From: Phoronis australis
Lineage: Eukaryota > Animalia > Phoronida
Length of the DNA stretch: 64,000 nt
Assembly (NCBI GenBank): GCA_002633005.1
Contig: NMRA01000066.1
Location: forward strand, 1,125,704 to 1,189,703
Direction of reading: 5' to 3'
Shown: positions 11,654 to 24,500 of the stretch, in pieces
Numbering within the stretch: position 1 is the stretch's first letter
How the letters are laid out: every line of letters begins with the position of its first letter
Notes under the pieces: generated by a model
What the model saw: only the letters and a program-made list of their open reading frames with translations
Told to the model about the DNA's origin: nothing
Databases searched by the model: none
Translations under genes and position numbers: made by a program

Positions 11654-14103
11654 TACACTGTCGCAATACAGTGAGTGTAGTTCGAAGTTTCAACAACGGT
11701 ACTGTCATCTAACAAGTGAAGAGTCCTACAGCTTGGATAGGAGATAAGACATTTGATTATTTTGGTTGAGTGATTGAAGTAATCCTTACAGAGGGCGCTA
11801 GCGTAGTTTCTCCTCACAGTGATTACTTGAAAAACATGTTTCAGTTCTTTAATTAGTGGTTCTCAAATAATAAATCGATTACTAGATTTAATCATCCTCT
11901 CTACAGTCTACATACAATCTCAAAGCAAAGGTACTTCTTAAACAAGCCTACGGTCAATTTCTGACACCCTCTGACTAGAAATCACTGGTACTCTGTTGGG
12001 TGCTCCAATGCCCCTGTAGTATCTTATTTAAGAGGACACAACCTTGTTTTGGTCTATTCACAGATATTAAAAACGACTTGCCCATCCTGTTCCCTGAAGC
12101 ATGATCATGCCCTGTAATCCTCGACAACACTCAAAAGTTTGGAAGAAAATTTGAAAACTCTTTTCAAAGTCTGCTAAGCGGGCAAACGTAACCTAGGCTT
12201 TCAGCGATTGTGGTACAAGACCACCCACCAAGGAAAATAATGACCAATCTGTGGCATGGGGAGCATGAGTTTTTAGTTGATTTCTTACTTAAACTCGGAA
12301 GATTGACGCAAATGATGCTTTAGCAGGTGACAGAGCGAGAATTAGTTGAAATCATCAAAACAGGGTTAAATGCTCTTTTAAAGTTGCTATGAGCATGTCA
12401 GGGCCTTCCGTCAAAACCAACTTTTAATTTAGACCGTTATACATTGTTCTCAAATCATTTTATTCTCATTCAAAACTGCTTTTTGGGTGGTTCGGTAATT
12501 GTTTGCGAAAAAGCTGGAATAAACTGGCTTGACATGGCGGTTTCTTTCACAGACCACCATTTCAAGCGATTACAAGCTGCCATGACCTCTCAAGACCATA
12601 AATGATTTCTTGTCTGAGTAAGGAGTGCAGACCAGAGGTTAGTAGTCTGAATGGAAAACTGGTTAAAGGCAGGATCCAACTGGCCTCAAAAATACCCTTT
12701 TCGTCCCACAAGACGAAAGAAAAATTCCACTATTCACTTCACACTGAGGTAGTTACTTGATCGTTGACACTCTACCCGCACTGGACTGAATAAGATTTAT
12801 TGTGCGACATTCACTTCACTCACTCATATCTCACGAGATTTGTTATATCAACTCGAAATGATTCCCAATACCTTGAAACTTAACTGGACGTAGTCTGATC
12901 CCGCAAAAACCAGAAATGACGGAGTAGTGTACATATCTTATTTGGTTTATGAATTAATAATATTAATCGAATGATTAGCAGAATTTGCATTAAGAAAAAC
13001 TAATCAATGCCACTAAAGTCCTTCTACGGATCCATCCGGGAGTGCCACGTCCGTCAATTCAACGTTTCAGTCTCTTTGTTTTGCCCGCTCTTAGCAGCAC
13101 GTAAACAGAGTGTCTTGGCTGAGAAGACACTTAAGGGCTAAAATAGATGGGTCGATTAATAAGTGCAAACACGACTGACGTGATAAAGTCAGAAGAACAA
13201 GAAGTTCTCTTTGTCAGCCGGAAAAACACTCTTTTTGATTCTTACTTTGTAAGTATTCCGAATTACCATCATTATAATTACAGTCATTTTCGTCATCGCC
13301 GTTTCAGCTTCTTGTCCCTGTCATAATTTAAAGTTGACCACATGAAAACTTACGGTCGAACTACTCACACTTGTCATCAATAGTAAAATATAGCTCAGTT
13401 CAATCAATTCAATTGAAAGACATGTCCATATGAACAAGTCGTTACAAGTAACATTTCCCACGTGGTCTTTACAAGCGCATATTAATAATGTATGCTGCAG
13501 TTCTAATAGAAATTTCGACGCAAAACATTTTCTTGTAGGTATATCATAGTGTGCTATTGTTATAACAAAATCGATAAATATGACCACGAGATCAACAGCA
13601 CAACACAATATTTCGTTTACAGAAGTCAGTATTCATTTTCTTAACCAAAATTTTATTTTAAATACAACGTGCCAGATTAATTTAATCATTATTTTAAAAA
13701 AGGATTTAACCTTCTCCTCATGTCTTCAAAAACAATCGTTTTGGAACAGTAAGGTATTAAAAAGACATTCTTTGATAGAACTCGCAAGGATGCAATGATA
13801 CTCACTACTGCCAATGGACGTCGCCGACGTCAGCATTCATTCTTCAGTTGAATTGGGACCGATGTCTGTCGACCAGAATTGCCCAATATACTGTGTGACT
13901 AGGCTGCATTCTACAAAGCTAGACTGCAGAAGACACGACCCACTTCCTTTCGTGAGAAATTTTCGTTACATCTTCATTTTTATATTTCTATGGATTTGCA
14001 TCTTCAACATCTCGTATTTTTGAGGTCAACATGTGGCCGCGTATTTGGAAGTGTCGGTTTAATCTGGTAAAATGGCATCAAGTCATTTTTATCCTTCTCC
14101 AGC

Positions 14104-14690
14104 CATCGCCATTTTCATCGTCATCATTGTCATAATTACCATCATCATCACCATCATCATCATCATCATCATCAACATCAGCATCATCATCACCACCACC
14201 ATCATCATCTTCATCATCACCACCATCATCACCACCACCATCATCATCAGCATCATCANCATCATCATCATCATCATCATCTGCATCATCACCATCATCA
14301 GCATCATCATCATCATCATCGTCATATCCTGAATTCTATCCTTCATTGTCATCATCATCACCGTCATCACCTTCATCGTCATCGTCATCACCACGATCAT
14401 GACCATGATCATCATGATCATCATGATCATGATCATCATCATCATCACCATTATCATCGTCATCTCCTGAATTGTATCCTTCATTGTCATCATCATCACC
14501 GTCATCACCTTCATCGTCATCGTGATAATCGTCAACAACTTCTTTTTCCTCGACATTATTATCATTATCATATTTATCACCGTTACGATTATCGTTGTTA
14601 TTATTGTCATTTTCGTCGTAGTCATTGTCATCAGCATCTCCATCTTCGTTTTTACGATCATTGTTTTTGGTCTTGCAACCGTAATCACCT
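14104..14690. repeat. Degenerate (CAT)n/(ATG)n trinucleotide repeat with an internal ~65-bp duplication
   Basis: Direct inspection; block at ~14321-14385 recurs at ~14459-14523. Confidence 0.95.
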
Positions 14691-15450
14691 ACCTCTGTAT
14701 CAGGTCAGCGAAAATTACTAATTATGAAATACAACCATTGTTCCTCCAGGGTAGGCAATAAAACATCGACTAATGCATGTTTGACGTACGCTGTCGACAA
14801 CCTTGTCATTGATTGTGTCACTTACTTCAAAATTGCCACAATTTTCATTTCGCTTTAAAATATTAGATTGTTTTCTCCCCGTGTCTCTTTATTTTAAATT
14901 TGATATTTTGTACATTCGAGTTTAATCGTCTAACAAAATTGACGAGACAACGTGCACAAAATTACTATTTTTATATTTTCAAGCTGCGATATATTCAAAT
15001 AATGACAAGTGTATGTTTAATGGGGAAATTTCTTAAAAGTGAATATATTTATATCATAGTGGACATTGAATTTTAAAATAAATTCTTGTGCCGTGAAGTA
15101 TAAACTCACCAGATTGTTGGAGGAACGCATTTCATTTTGACCGTTAAAGATTGTCCAGAATATTTATGGATATGATCGCGTCTTCCAAACGTCAAATTTG
15201 CAGCGTGAATGCTAAAATCATTTGCGTTGCCCTTTTTATAGCAAAGCATACATTGTCTCGTAGAAATATCTTTTGCTGTTTGTCTTAGTACGAAGGTGGT
15301 GGTATGCTGGTTCGTTTAATCTATCGTGATTATTGATCATGCAGCTTAAACGTTATGTAATTTTTACTCTTTGAAAGGATTAGAGTTTCGGATAGGAACA
15401 TGCAATACGGCGCTCTTACAGAAAAGGAGGTGAAAACGGATTAGGCACAA

Positions 15451-15630
15451 ACACACACACATACATACATACAAGCATGCATACGTACATACATACGTAC
15501 ATACATGTACATACATACAAACATACATACATACATACATACATACAAACATACATACATACATACATACATACAAACATACATACATACAAACATTCAT
15601 ACATACATACATACATACATACATACATAC

Positions 15631-15700
<70 letters not shown>
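15451..15700. repeat. Compound microsatellite (CATA)n + (TA)n
   Basis: Direct inspection. Confidence 0.95.
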
Positions 15701-15702
<2 letters not shown>

Positions 15703-15757
15703 GAAGGCTATGAACAAAACTGATCTTATATAATAAATAACTAATTAAAATCTTTAT

Positions 15758-17272
15758 AGGAGAATGCCATCCGATTTAAATAGTCTTTTTTACCGTCTTA
15801 ATTGGTCTATATCCACATTACCTTGTATACCGTAGATCTTACCTCACCGAGAGGTGTCGCATTAACCTGTGAGGAAGGTGAGAAACGATCGACGCAGCGA
15901 CGTCAGCGGTTCTTCTGCAGAGTGAGTGCCGCTATGGTGTGGTGTATCGTTCCCGCTTGTGCGAACAATGAAGCTGCGAGGAATACGGCCTCCTGTTCAG
16001 TAACGCTAGGAGCTCACTAAAAAGCAAGACTTCGCGAAATTACATGATATATTGCCGTGTATTTTAAATGAGTTCACGTGACTGACTAGATTTTAGCTAG
16101 GTCCTAGAGTTTGTCCTAGTGCTACAGAACGCACGCCGGGTATTAATATCGTTTCTTTCATTTTCTCGAGAGCCCATGATGCTTCGGAAGTGGTTCGCGG
16201 TAGTGACAAATGAAAATTACGCCGTTAATACCAAGTATGAAGCCGTAAAACTTAACCGTGTCTGTCAGAGTGGCCTGTATTTCGTCGAATCCGTTGTTGG
16301 TCAGTTTCTGTTTATGGAAAATTGTAGTTGGCCATGAAAACAGGAACAATTACAATGAATTCAAGGCGTGAGAACATAACGTTTTATATAACCTTTTTGA
16401 TGACTGACTCGCCCCTGTGAGCGCATGCTAATTCAGTGTTTGCTGACAAAAAGCTGTTGTGAAACAATAACTCCATTATATATCCTATGGTCAGATGTTA
16501 GGGGAATCTTTATTTAGATATTCATATACATTATTCAAATCATTATTACTGCACAACTTTTGCCCTGACGGTTCTAAGGAAGGATAACCCGACTTCACGG
16601 CCCCCGACGAGCTAGTAAGTAGATTTGCTGTTTCGCAGGTAATTCATCTAAACAATCAGCGTGCACTTTTTTCTTTGGTTCACTAGTATAGTCTTTTCGA
16701 GACTGGAAGTTTACATTCGTACCTTGGCTGGTTTATGTTCGTCAGTGATGTCTTCAGTCCGGCCGCAATGGGCCAGAGTGTTCCGAGCCACTGACCGGGA
16801 TAACAAGCGTTTTGTGTGTTTTGAACTGAAAAATCGCAAGTCTTAAATTACAGCACACAGCTATGTTCTGCTGTCTGTATTTCACGGACGAATAACTTGA
16901 ATTTATCACCGAATAGACCCCGCGACCGACCTTGGTAAATTGGCCCACCGAACTTTGTAGGCTACGGTACGTTCAAATACCTAAAAATCCGTAACAGCGA
17001 AATAAAATAACACGTTTGTTCAATAACTCGATGTATTTGTAAGGGTTTTACATCGAATTGTGATGATTTATTGGCGTAAAACGATGAATTCAAGCGATAA
17101 GCTGACACCAGCTGAACTGCTGAACAGACTGCATTCGAACCTCTGACGTCATTGGTTAATTTCAACACCTCCGTCTCCCGTAAGGTGTCAGGTAAAAGAG
17201 CTGTACTTGCTGTTATCGAGTGAAACTACTCGATCTAAATTGATACATAGGTTTTTTGGGTGGCATTCTCCT
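15758..17272 (+). mobile_element. Non-autonomous Kolobok-like DNA transposon, copy A (THAP remnant)
   Basis: TIRs aggagaatgcca ... tggcattctcct flanked by ttat/ttaa. THAP-like start MVWCIVPACANNEAA at 15934, continuing REPMMLRKWFAVV..RVC after a MITE insertion. Confidence 0.75.
15988..16137. mobile_element. Short MITE (~150 bp) inserted in the THAP remnant
   Basis: Inverted ends gttcagtaacgctagga ... tcctagtgctacagaac; absent from the equivalent position of copy B; homologues at ~34723-34875 and, inverted, at ~23840-23930. Confidence 0.7.
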
Positions 17273-17336
17273 TTAAGGATATCAGAGGTAACAACTACTA
17301 GACTTTATAGGAAGGTATGCGCCGAACGATCCTTAA

Positions 17337-19032
17337 AGGAGAATGCCACCCAAAAACAACCTATTTTGTATCAATTTAGATCGAGTAGTTCTACTCGATA
17401 ACGGCACGTTCGATTGCGTTACATGACATCTGACGGCAGACGGAGGTGTTGAAATTATCCAATGACGTAATTGGTTTCATACGCAGTCTGTTCAGTAGTT
17501 CACAACACGGATTAGTGGTGTCAGCTCATCGCTTGAATTCATCGTTCAACACCAATAAATCATCAAACTTCGATGTAAAACCCTTAAAAATACACCGAGT
17601 TCCAATAAAAACGTGTTTTATTTCGCTATTACGGATTTACTGGTATTTTGACACACCGTAGCCTACAAAGTTCGGCAGGCCAATTTACCAAGGTCCGTAG
17701 CATGAGTTTGGGGTCTGTTCGGAGATAAATTAGAAGTATTCTTCCGTGAAATACAGACAGGAGAACCTAGATCTGTGTTGTTTATACTTGTCATTTTTGA
17801 GTTCTAAACACACAAAACGCTAATGTTCTCCCGGCCAGTGGCTCGGAACCCAATCACTAGGCCCGGCGTCGCGGCCGGACTGACTCTTTACCCCGGCCAG
17901 TGGTTCGGAACCCGATCAAAGCCCGTCGAGGCCGCCGGGACTGGCACGAACATAAACTAGCATCAGTTAGAAACTAAACCTCCAGTCACGAAAACACTAT
18001 AATAGTGAGCCAAAGAAATAATGTGCACGTAATTATGTGAATTAGCCACGAAACTGCTCTACTTACTTGTGGAGGGCCGTGAAGTCGGGTTCCCCTTCCA
18101 CAGACCGTCAGGTTGTACAGTAACAATGATTTGAATAATGTATTTGTATTTCTAAATCAAAGATTCCCCTAACATGTGACCATAGCATATAAAATCGAGT
18201 AATTGTTTCACAACAGCTTTCTATCAGCATAGGCACTGCCTGAATTAGCATGCGCTCACACGGCCTCGGTGCCCGGTCAATTACCTTTGTTGCCGGCATC
18301 AAAAGCAGGTAAGGCAGTGGTTTATTCATTGCTGGCTTCTCAAAACATTTGCACTCACGAGCACTCCAAGGCATTACAAATTGTATCTAATGAGACAGAC
18401 TTTGTTTCAGCTTCATATAAGCATTGGTTAAAATGAGAATAATTCATTTTGAAACAGACCTCAGAATAATAAAGGTCTACATGGCAAGTCGCCCGGCGCC
18501 AATCCCGACTTAGTCAAGAGCTCATCCGACGAAGACTTCACAGGTCGGATCTTGAGATTTCACAGGCTATCAGTTCGAACCGGAATACAATGATCAAGAA
18601 ATACTAGAGAGGCGCCGTGAACATGCACAGGCAACGGAACGTATGGATAGTTCTTTGGTAAGCCAAAATTCGTTACAAAAATCACTGTCGACGAAATGCC
18701 GACCACAAACACGGAGATGTTTCACGCGTACCTTTCATTCTTCACTACCGCGAGCCACTTCCTAAGCATTTCGGGCTGTCGAGGAAGTTGAAAAAAACGA
18801 TATACCCGCTTTCTTCGCAGCTTCATAGTTCGGACAAGCGGGAACGATGCACCGCAATATAGCGGCATTCACTCTGCAGACGAACCACTAACGTCGCTGC
18901 GTCGTTTCTCACCTTCCTTACAAGTTAACGCGACACCTCTCGGCAAGGTGAGGTCGACCGTATAAGAGGCGATGTGGATATAGACCGATTAAGACGATAA
19001 AAAAGACTAATTAAATCGGTTGGCATTCGCCA
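17337..19032 (-). mobile_element. Non-autonomous Kolobok-like DNA transposon, copy B, inverted relative to copy A (THAP and KolX-like remnants)
   Basis: TTAA at 17333-17336 and 19033-19036; TIRs aggagaatgcca ... tggcattcgcca. Minus strand gives RCIVPACPNYEAAKKAGISFF/QLPRQPEMLRKWLAVVKNE../KHLRVCGRHFVDSDF (THAP C2CH); plus strand gives GYQFEPEYNDQEILERRR. Confidence 0.8.
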
Positions 19033-21026
19033 TTAAAAGGACACAGTCCGTTTTACGGCCAAAAACGCAATTTGGAGGTTATTGCTGGGTAGGAGTGACT
19101 TCCTGGAGTTATTAGTAATAATCACTGATTCCTAGCAATGGCAATCGGGTATCCGTTCAATTTGTTGCTCTAGTCGACATAGAAGCAACTTCACACATAC
19201 GGCGCATGGGCCTAAACTCGGGCTTATAAGCACCTGTGTAAGTGTAAACATGCACGGGTGTTAAATACGACAGACTTGGAGTAGGATTTCGGTTTGAAAG
19301 TGTATTCTAGTAACATTGAATGAAACTTCCCCCTGTTCTTCGTCCTGTTCATTTACAAATTATCTCAGACTGTTTCAGCTGTTCAGTGCTTGTTTTCCAG
19401 GTGATCGAAATACCGATACCTGCACGTCTGCTTTCATTATGTCATTCAATCAACTGTCTGACCTGCGTTAGTTTTCAGTGGCACCTGCAATAATTAGTAT
19501 CCGTCGAAAGCGAAACTGCTTATCAGTAAATTCAGATCTTTGGAACAATGTTTTGCGAAACTCCTGGTATTCACGACTTTTGTTCAATTTTTAATCCTGG
19601 TTCAAGAAAACAAATGTTTTTGTCCCGTCTACAAGTTGTTCACTAAACTTGATGTTGCATAGGTCGGCATAGATGGATTATCGGAAGTAGATTAACGAAG
19701 TTAAATGACGACATAATCTCATAAAAACCTTCCCTGAATGTGAAACTTAAACATGCGCCGCCTAGTGATTTCCTGGAGAATTGTGTGTCAAATTTACACT
19801 TCGGAAAAGAAATATTTCGCTTGTGAACCGCGTTTGATGTGAAAACAGTACGATCACGATCTGAGTATAACCTGTTTCGTTACTTGCATTTATGCAGTTA
19901 ACAAAAAGGTCTTGTCCTTTTAATGCAGGCGCGGACCAAGAGGAGGTCCATAGTATTCGAATTACCCCCCTCCCCTGTACCACTTTACATTGTCGCAGTA
20001 ATGGAGGAGTCTTAATCAACCACTATGTTTACCCCCTTGTCGGATCCCTACGACAATATCCCGGATCCGTGACTGTAAAACGATTTAGACTCTGGACTTT
20101 CCGTGGAGCACAATGGTACGGAAATTTGTTGAATATGCACCACTGATCTTTTTATTAGTAAGATCCAATGAAAGCCTCATCAACATTTCAAACGTAAGTC
20201 ATGTCTGTAAAGCGTGAAGCTGCGCTACTTCCGTTACATCCCTCCTTCGTTCTTCTGCAATAAATCAGTGTTTTTCATCGTAAACATCAAATTATCGATA
20301 CTTTGAATATGCATGTACTGTTGTTCCCTTTGTGAGAAACTATGAGCTCAAACAGAAGTCACACTTTGAGTAGTTTATCAATAATAATTATTTAAATGCA
20401 ATATCAATGAATTTGATTCGGCGTAGTAAAACCCACATTTTTCTCTGTGTTTGAAACTTACATGTTCGTGTGATTTCAATTACCGCAATGCAAATGAACG
20501 AGGGAATTTTATTGGCTGTATATTTACTTTACAGGGACGACTTGTTGACCTACTTGATCCCTCATCAACCCGTATTACAGTTGGCGACTTTCGCGGAAAC
20601 GTTTGACCCTGCTGTTCTCGTCCAAATGTCATAAAGTAGCATTGCAAAGTCATGGACCTGTCTGACCTGATCAATTTTCAACGTCTGTCGTGCACCCAGA
20701 ACTATTCAAAAATGAATACCACGACTTGCGATTTTGTAAAAACACGATAGAATTACGTGGAATTTGTTAGCTTCGACGAGACTAGTGGAATGCAGTATTA
20801 CATCCGAGACGAAATGACGTGTTGTTGTGATTTTTAACTGAGTGTACTTCAACAAAGGTCGATCTCGTATGGGCTATTTCACGTCAGTCAGCATTTAATG
20901 GTTTCCCACGAAGTCGGGGGCTCAAGCAGTGCTGATCGTTGTAGACCACAGTGTGCAAAAATACCTGCGCACTTCACGACGCTGGTGGATGATGTAACGA
21001 TTAACAAATTCGCGGGTTGTGTCTGA

Positions 21027-21536
<510 letters not shown>

Positions 21537-24500
21537 TGAAAACTGAAATTAACTTCCTTATTTGGAGATTTACTTACCTATTTATTGCTGAAGCGGCTTT
21601 AAGCGCATTCTTTTTGTCATTGTCCTAACCCGGTTTAACCGGAATTTGTCTCTGTATTCGGTAGAAACCAACAGTTCGCCTGTTTCTTCAGACCAAGGTC
21701 ATAAAATTTCCGGTCCCGACGTGACGACTTATCTTTTATGAGCTTGGTCTGAAGAAACAAAGAACTGTCAGGTCTTTCTAAGCCCGGAAAACAAGTCACA
21801 TTTTGACAAAGCAACATTTTGGCACCAAGATCATTACGGTGAGTGTCCTGAATCAGAACTTCCTTTTGACGGAAATGACGGGTTTAATGCAGCTTTGGAT
21901 TTCGCATTTCAAAGAAAGATAGATAACATACACGCTTGTTTGTTATTATACTGCACACAAAGTCAGTCATTCAGAAGCTAAGAGTTCTGTGATCAGTATA
22001 GTACGAAGATAAACGTACAGTCCGTAGGATATGGTTTGCGTCAGTTCAGCGCATTTACTACGATCTAACACCAACGCAGTGTATGCGTTGAGTTGCCGTT
22101 ACCGAACCGCATCACGTCCTATTAAAAGTATTCGAGAAAAATGTTATTTAGGTATGGAAAGTCAAAACGGAAAAAATCCAAATCACTTATTTTACTATGC
22201 AAAGATTGAAATTATGCTCAAAACTCAAAATAAGATTTTTCAATTCTCGTTGATAAAACAAATTCATTAAGGTTGGTTGTGTAACTCCAATCACTTACAT
22301 CCAGTAACTGTGGTGGAAACAGAATTTAGCGTACCACAAAAATTATAACACATTAGCGAAAATGTGACCACCACCGTGACAGGACGAAAGAATGAAAGTG
22401 GAGGAGCAAGACTTGGCGAAATCGAATGAGAATTAAAAAATGAAGTGGACGACGAAAACAAGGACACCAACCACGACCACGAGGCCTATTACACAAACGC
22501 AGAGTGAATGATAAACCATTAAAAGTACACCGGAAAATTTGTCAGTAAAAGAGTCATCAAATCAGAAACAATTCTCAAATAACTCTGCAATCGTAAGTTG
22601 TAGCAAGAAGCCAATAATAAATTGCAGATAGTCCTATTTACATACCAAATTTTAGAAGGTTTGGTCGCAAAAATTATGGCCGCGAGCCCGCTACAGTGCC
22701 ACCTTGCGTCAAATGTCGCTCATGAGACCAGAGTCCTCGACTAGATAAACATTGCACGTACTGTAACATTGATGTCGATCAGACGAAAAATGCTATCTCT
22801 AGCAAGTACAACACGAAATTATTCAATAAAAAAACCAGTAAATCTTGAATGTCTTAAGAACGATGGTAGCGAGAAACGGGCAGCAGAAAGCAGATAGCGC
22901 TTGCCGAGGTTTATCCTTCTACCGAGACATCCGTCGAGGGACGCCGAAAAGTTGAACTGTCACCGGAAAATCTCGAATGACTCGACAACATTAAGTCATA
23001 GAAAAAAACATTTTGCACGGCAATTTCGATAGCCGTTGAAATGACCTATTCACAAATAATCGGAAAAATCCCACCAGAAACAGCGGAGCTATGGCTCCGC
23101 AATTTTTGAAAAAAAACGTTTTTGTAAATTGCACCATGATCATATAACAAATGTGACCTGTAGCATGCGAAGTAATGAACAAAACAAATTTATGACAAAG
23201 TAAAAGACTTTCAGAAATTGCATTTCACCAAGTAAAAACGCTCCAAAATAAATAACAGGAAAACGTGAACACTTAGGAACACCTGACCACAAAAATGATG
23301 ACGTCATTCACTTGAAGCAAGATGGCGGAGCAGGATGGCGAACGTTAGAGAAAGTTTCGGAAAGATTTGATGACTTTATTTTAAAAAAATACTCAGAAAG
23401 GTTTGTACTTGTTGGAGAGACTTTGCTTAATGTTAAACCCTTGCCTAATGGCACTGACGTCTTCACTTTGAGGGGTAATGCGCTTCTGGAGTGGTCCTAA
23501 ATGGACACGTGCTCCTGACATGGATATTTTTTTGCTGGCACATGGCTTGGTATGGAATATTTCTGATAAGTTATTTATGTATGTATGGCCATAAAAAGTC
23601 CCGTTTCATGTTTAAGTCTAAAGTGAAGTGAAAATGCTATTATGCTTTGGTCCTGCACAGGGGAATTAATGTTTTGGACTTTACTTTAATTGTTGCTTTC
23701 CACATTTTGCCAACCACTCTATTCTTGTTGCGAGGGCTTCATTGCCAAGTTACTTGACGACGTTTTCACGAGCAATCACGAGTCAATCAGAAGAGAATGA
23801 AATCGCCTGGGTAAAATTCAGTAGCTGTCTTGCGGCGATCTAGCCAAAATCTCCTTCTGTTATTTAAAATACACTACAATATCTCGCGTAATCTCGGAAA
23901 GTCTTACTTTTCTAGCGAGATCCTAGCGTGGTGTTAGAGTTATTGAACTCTACTTTGGTCTAGTTTCAGGGTCTGATCTATGTACTCAAAACTGAACTCA
24001 ACAATTGGTCAACGCCAAAGTACTCAGCTGACAAAGTTGTACTCAAATCAGCTGGGATACTAAACTTGACATGACAGTCTAATTGTATTTTTTGCAAGTC
24101 AAAAGTCCCCATGTGACTTTTAATTTGGGCTAATTATGCTTGTAACATATCTCAAAACAATGACGTTAGAGGTAACAGTCACTTACAGGGATCCTGCATT
24201 TTGAAAACTAGGGTTATCTATTGAATAACGGGTATCAAACTAGTTCTCAAAACATGGGACTCCTGTAATTGACTAGTGCCAAATACTATAAATGGAGATT
24301 GCATAGTGATTTAAAGACGCTTGGTTTATTATTTATTCAAATTAAAATGCAAATTTATGAGCATGTGGTGAATTTTGAAGCAACCATCTCAAACTTTTTA
24401 ACACTGTTATTGAAATCTAGTGAAAGATCCAGTTTCACATCTAGCTTTTCATAAGTTGTAGCGCATGTTTCGCCGACAGACGGCAGTGTGTAGAACCTAC

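Noticed and set aside
11950-12810. Stretch with coding-like composition
   Set aside because: All frames read were interrupted and no recognisable motif was found; left unannotated
14072-14761. Poly-Met/poly-Ile ORFs and an Asp-rich minus-strand frame (DDDEGDDGDDDDNEGYNSGDDDD) resembling acidic biomineralisation proteins
   Set aside because: A degenerate (GAT)n repeat stays open in the Asp frame under single substitutions; there is an in-frame TAG at 14336-14338 and no signal peptide or linked exon was found
15364-15723. MYVC/HTYI repeat ORFs (also 5326-5583 and 40319-40522)
   Set aside because: Translations of (CATA)n, (CA)n and (TA)n microsatellites
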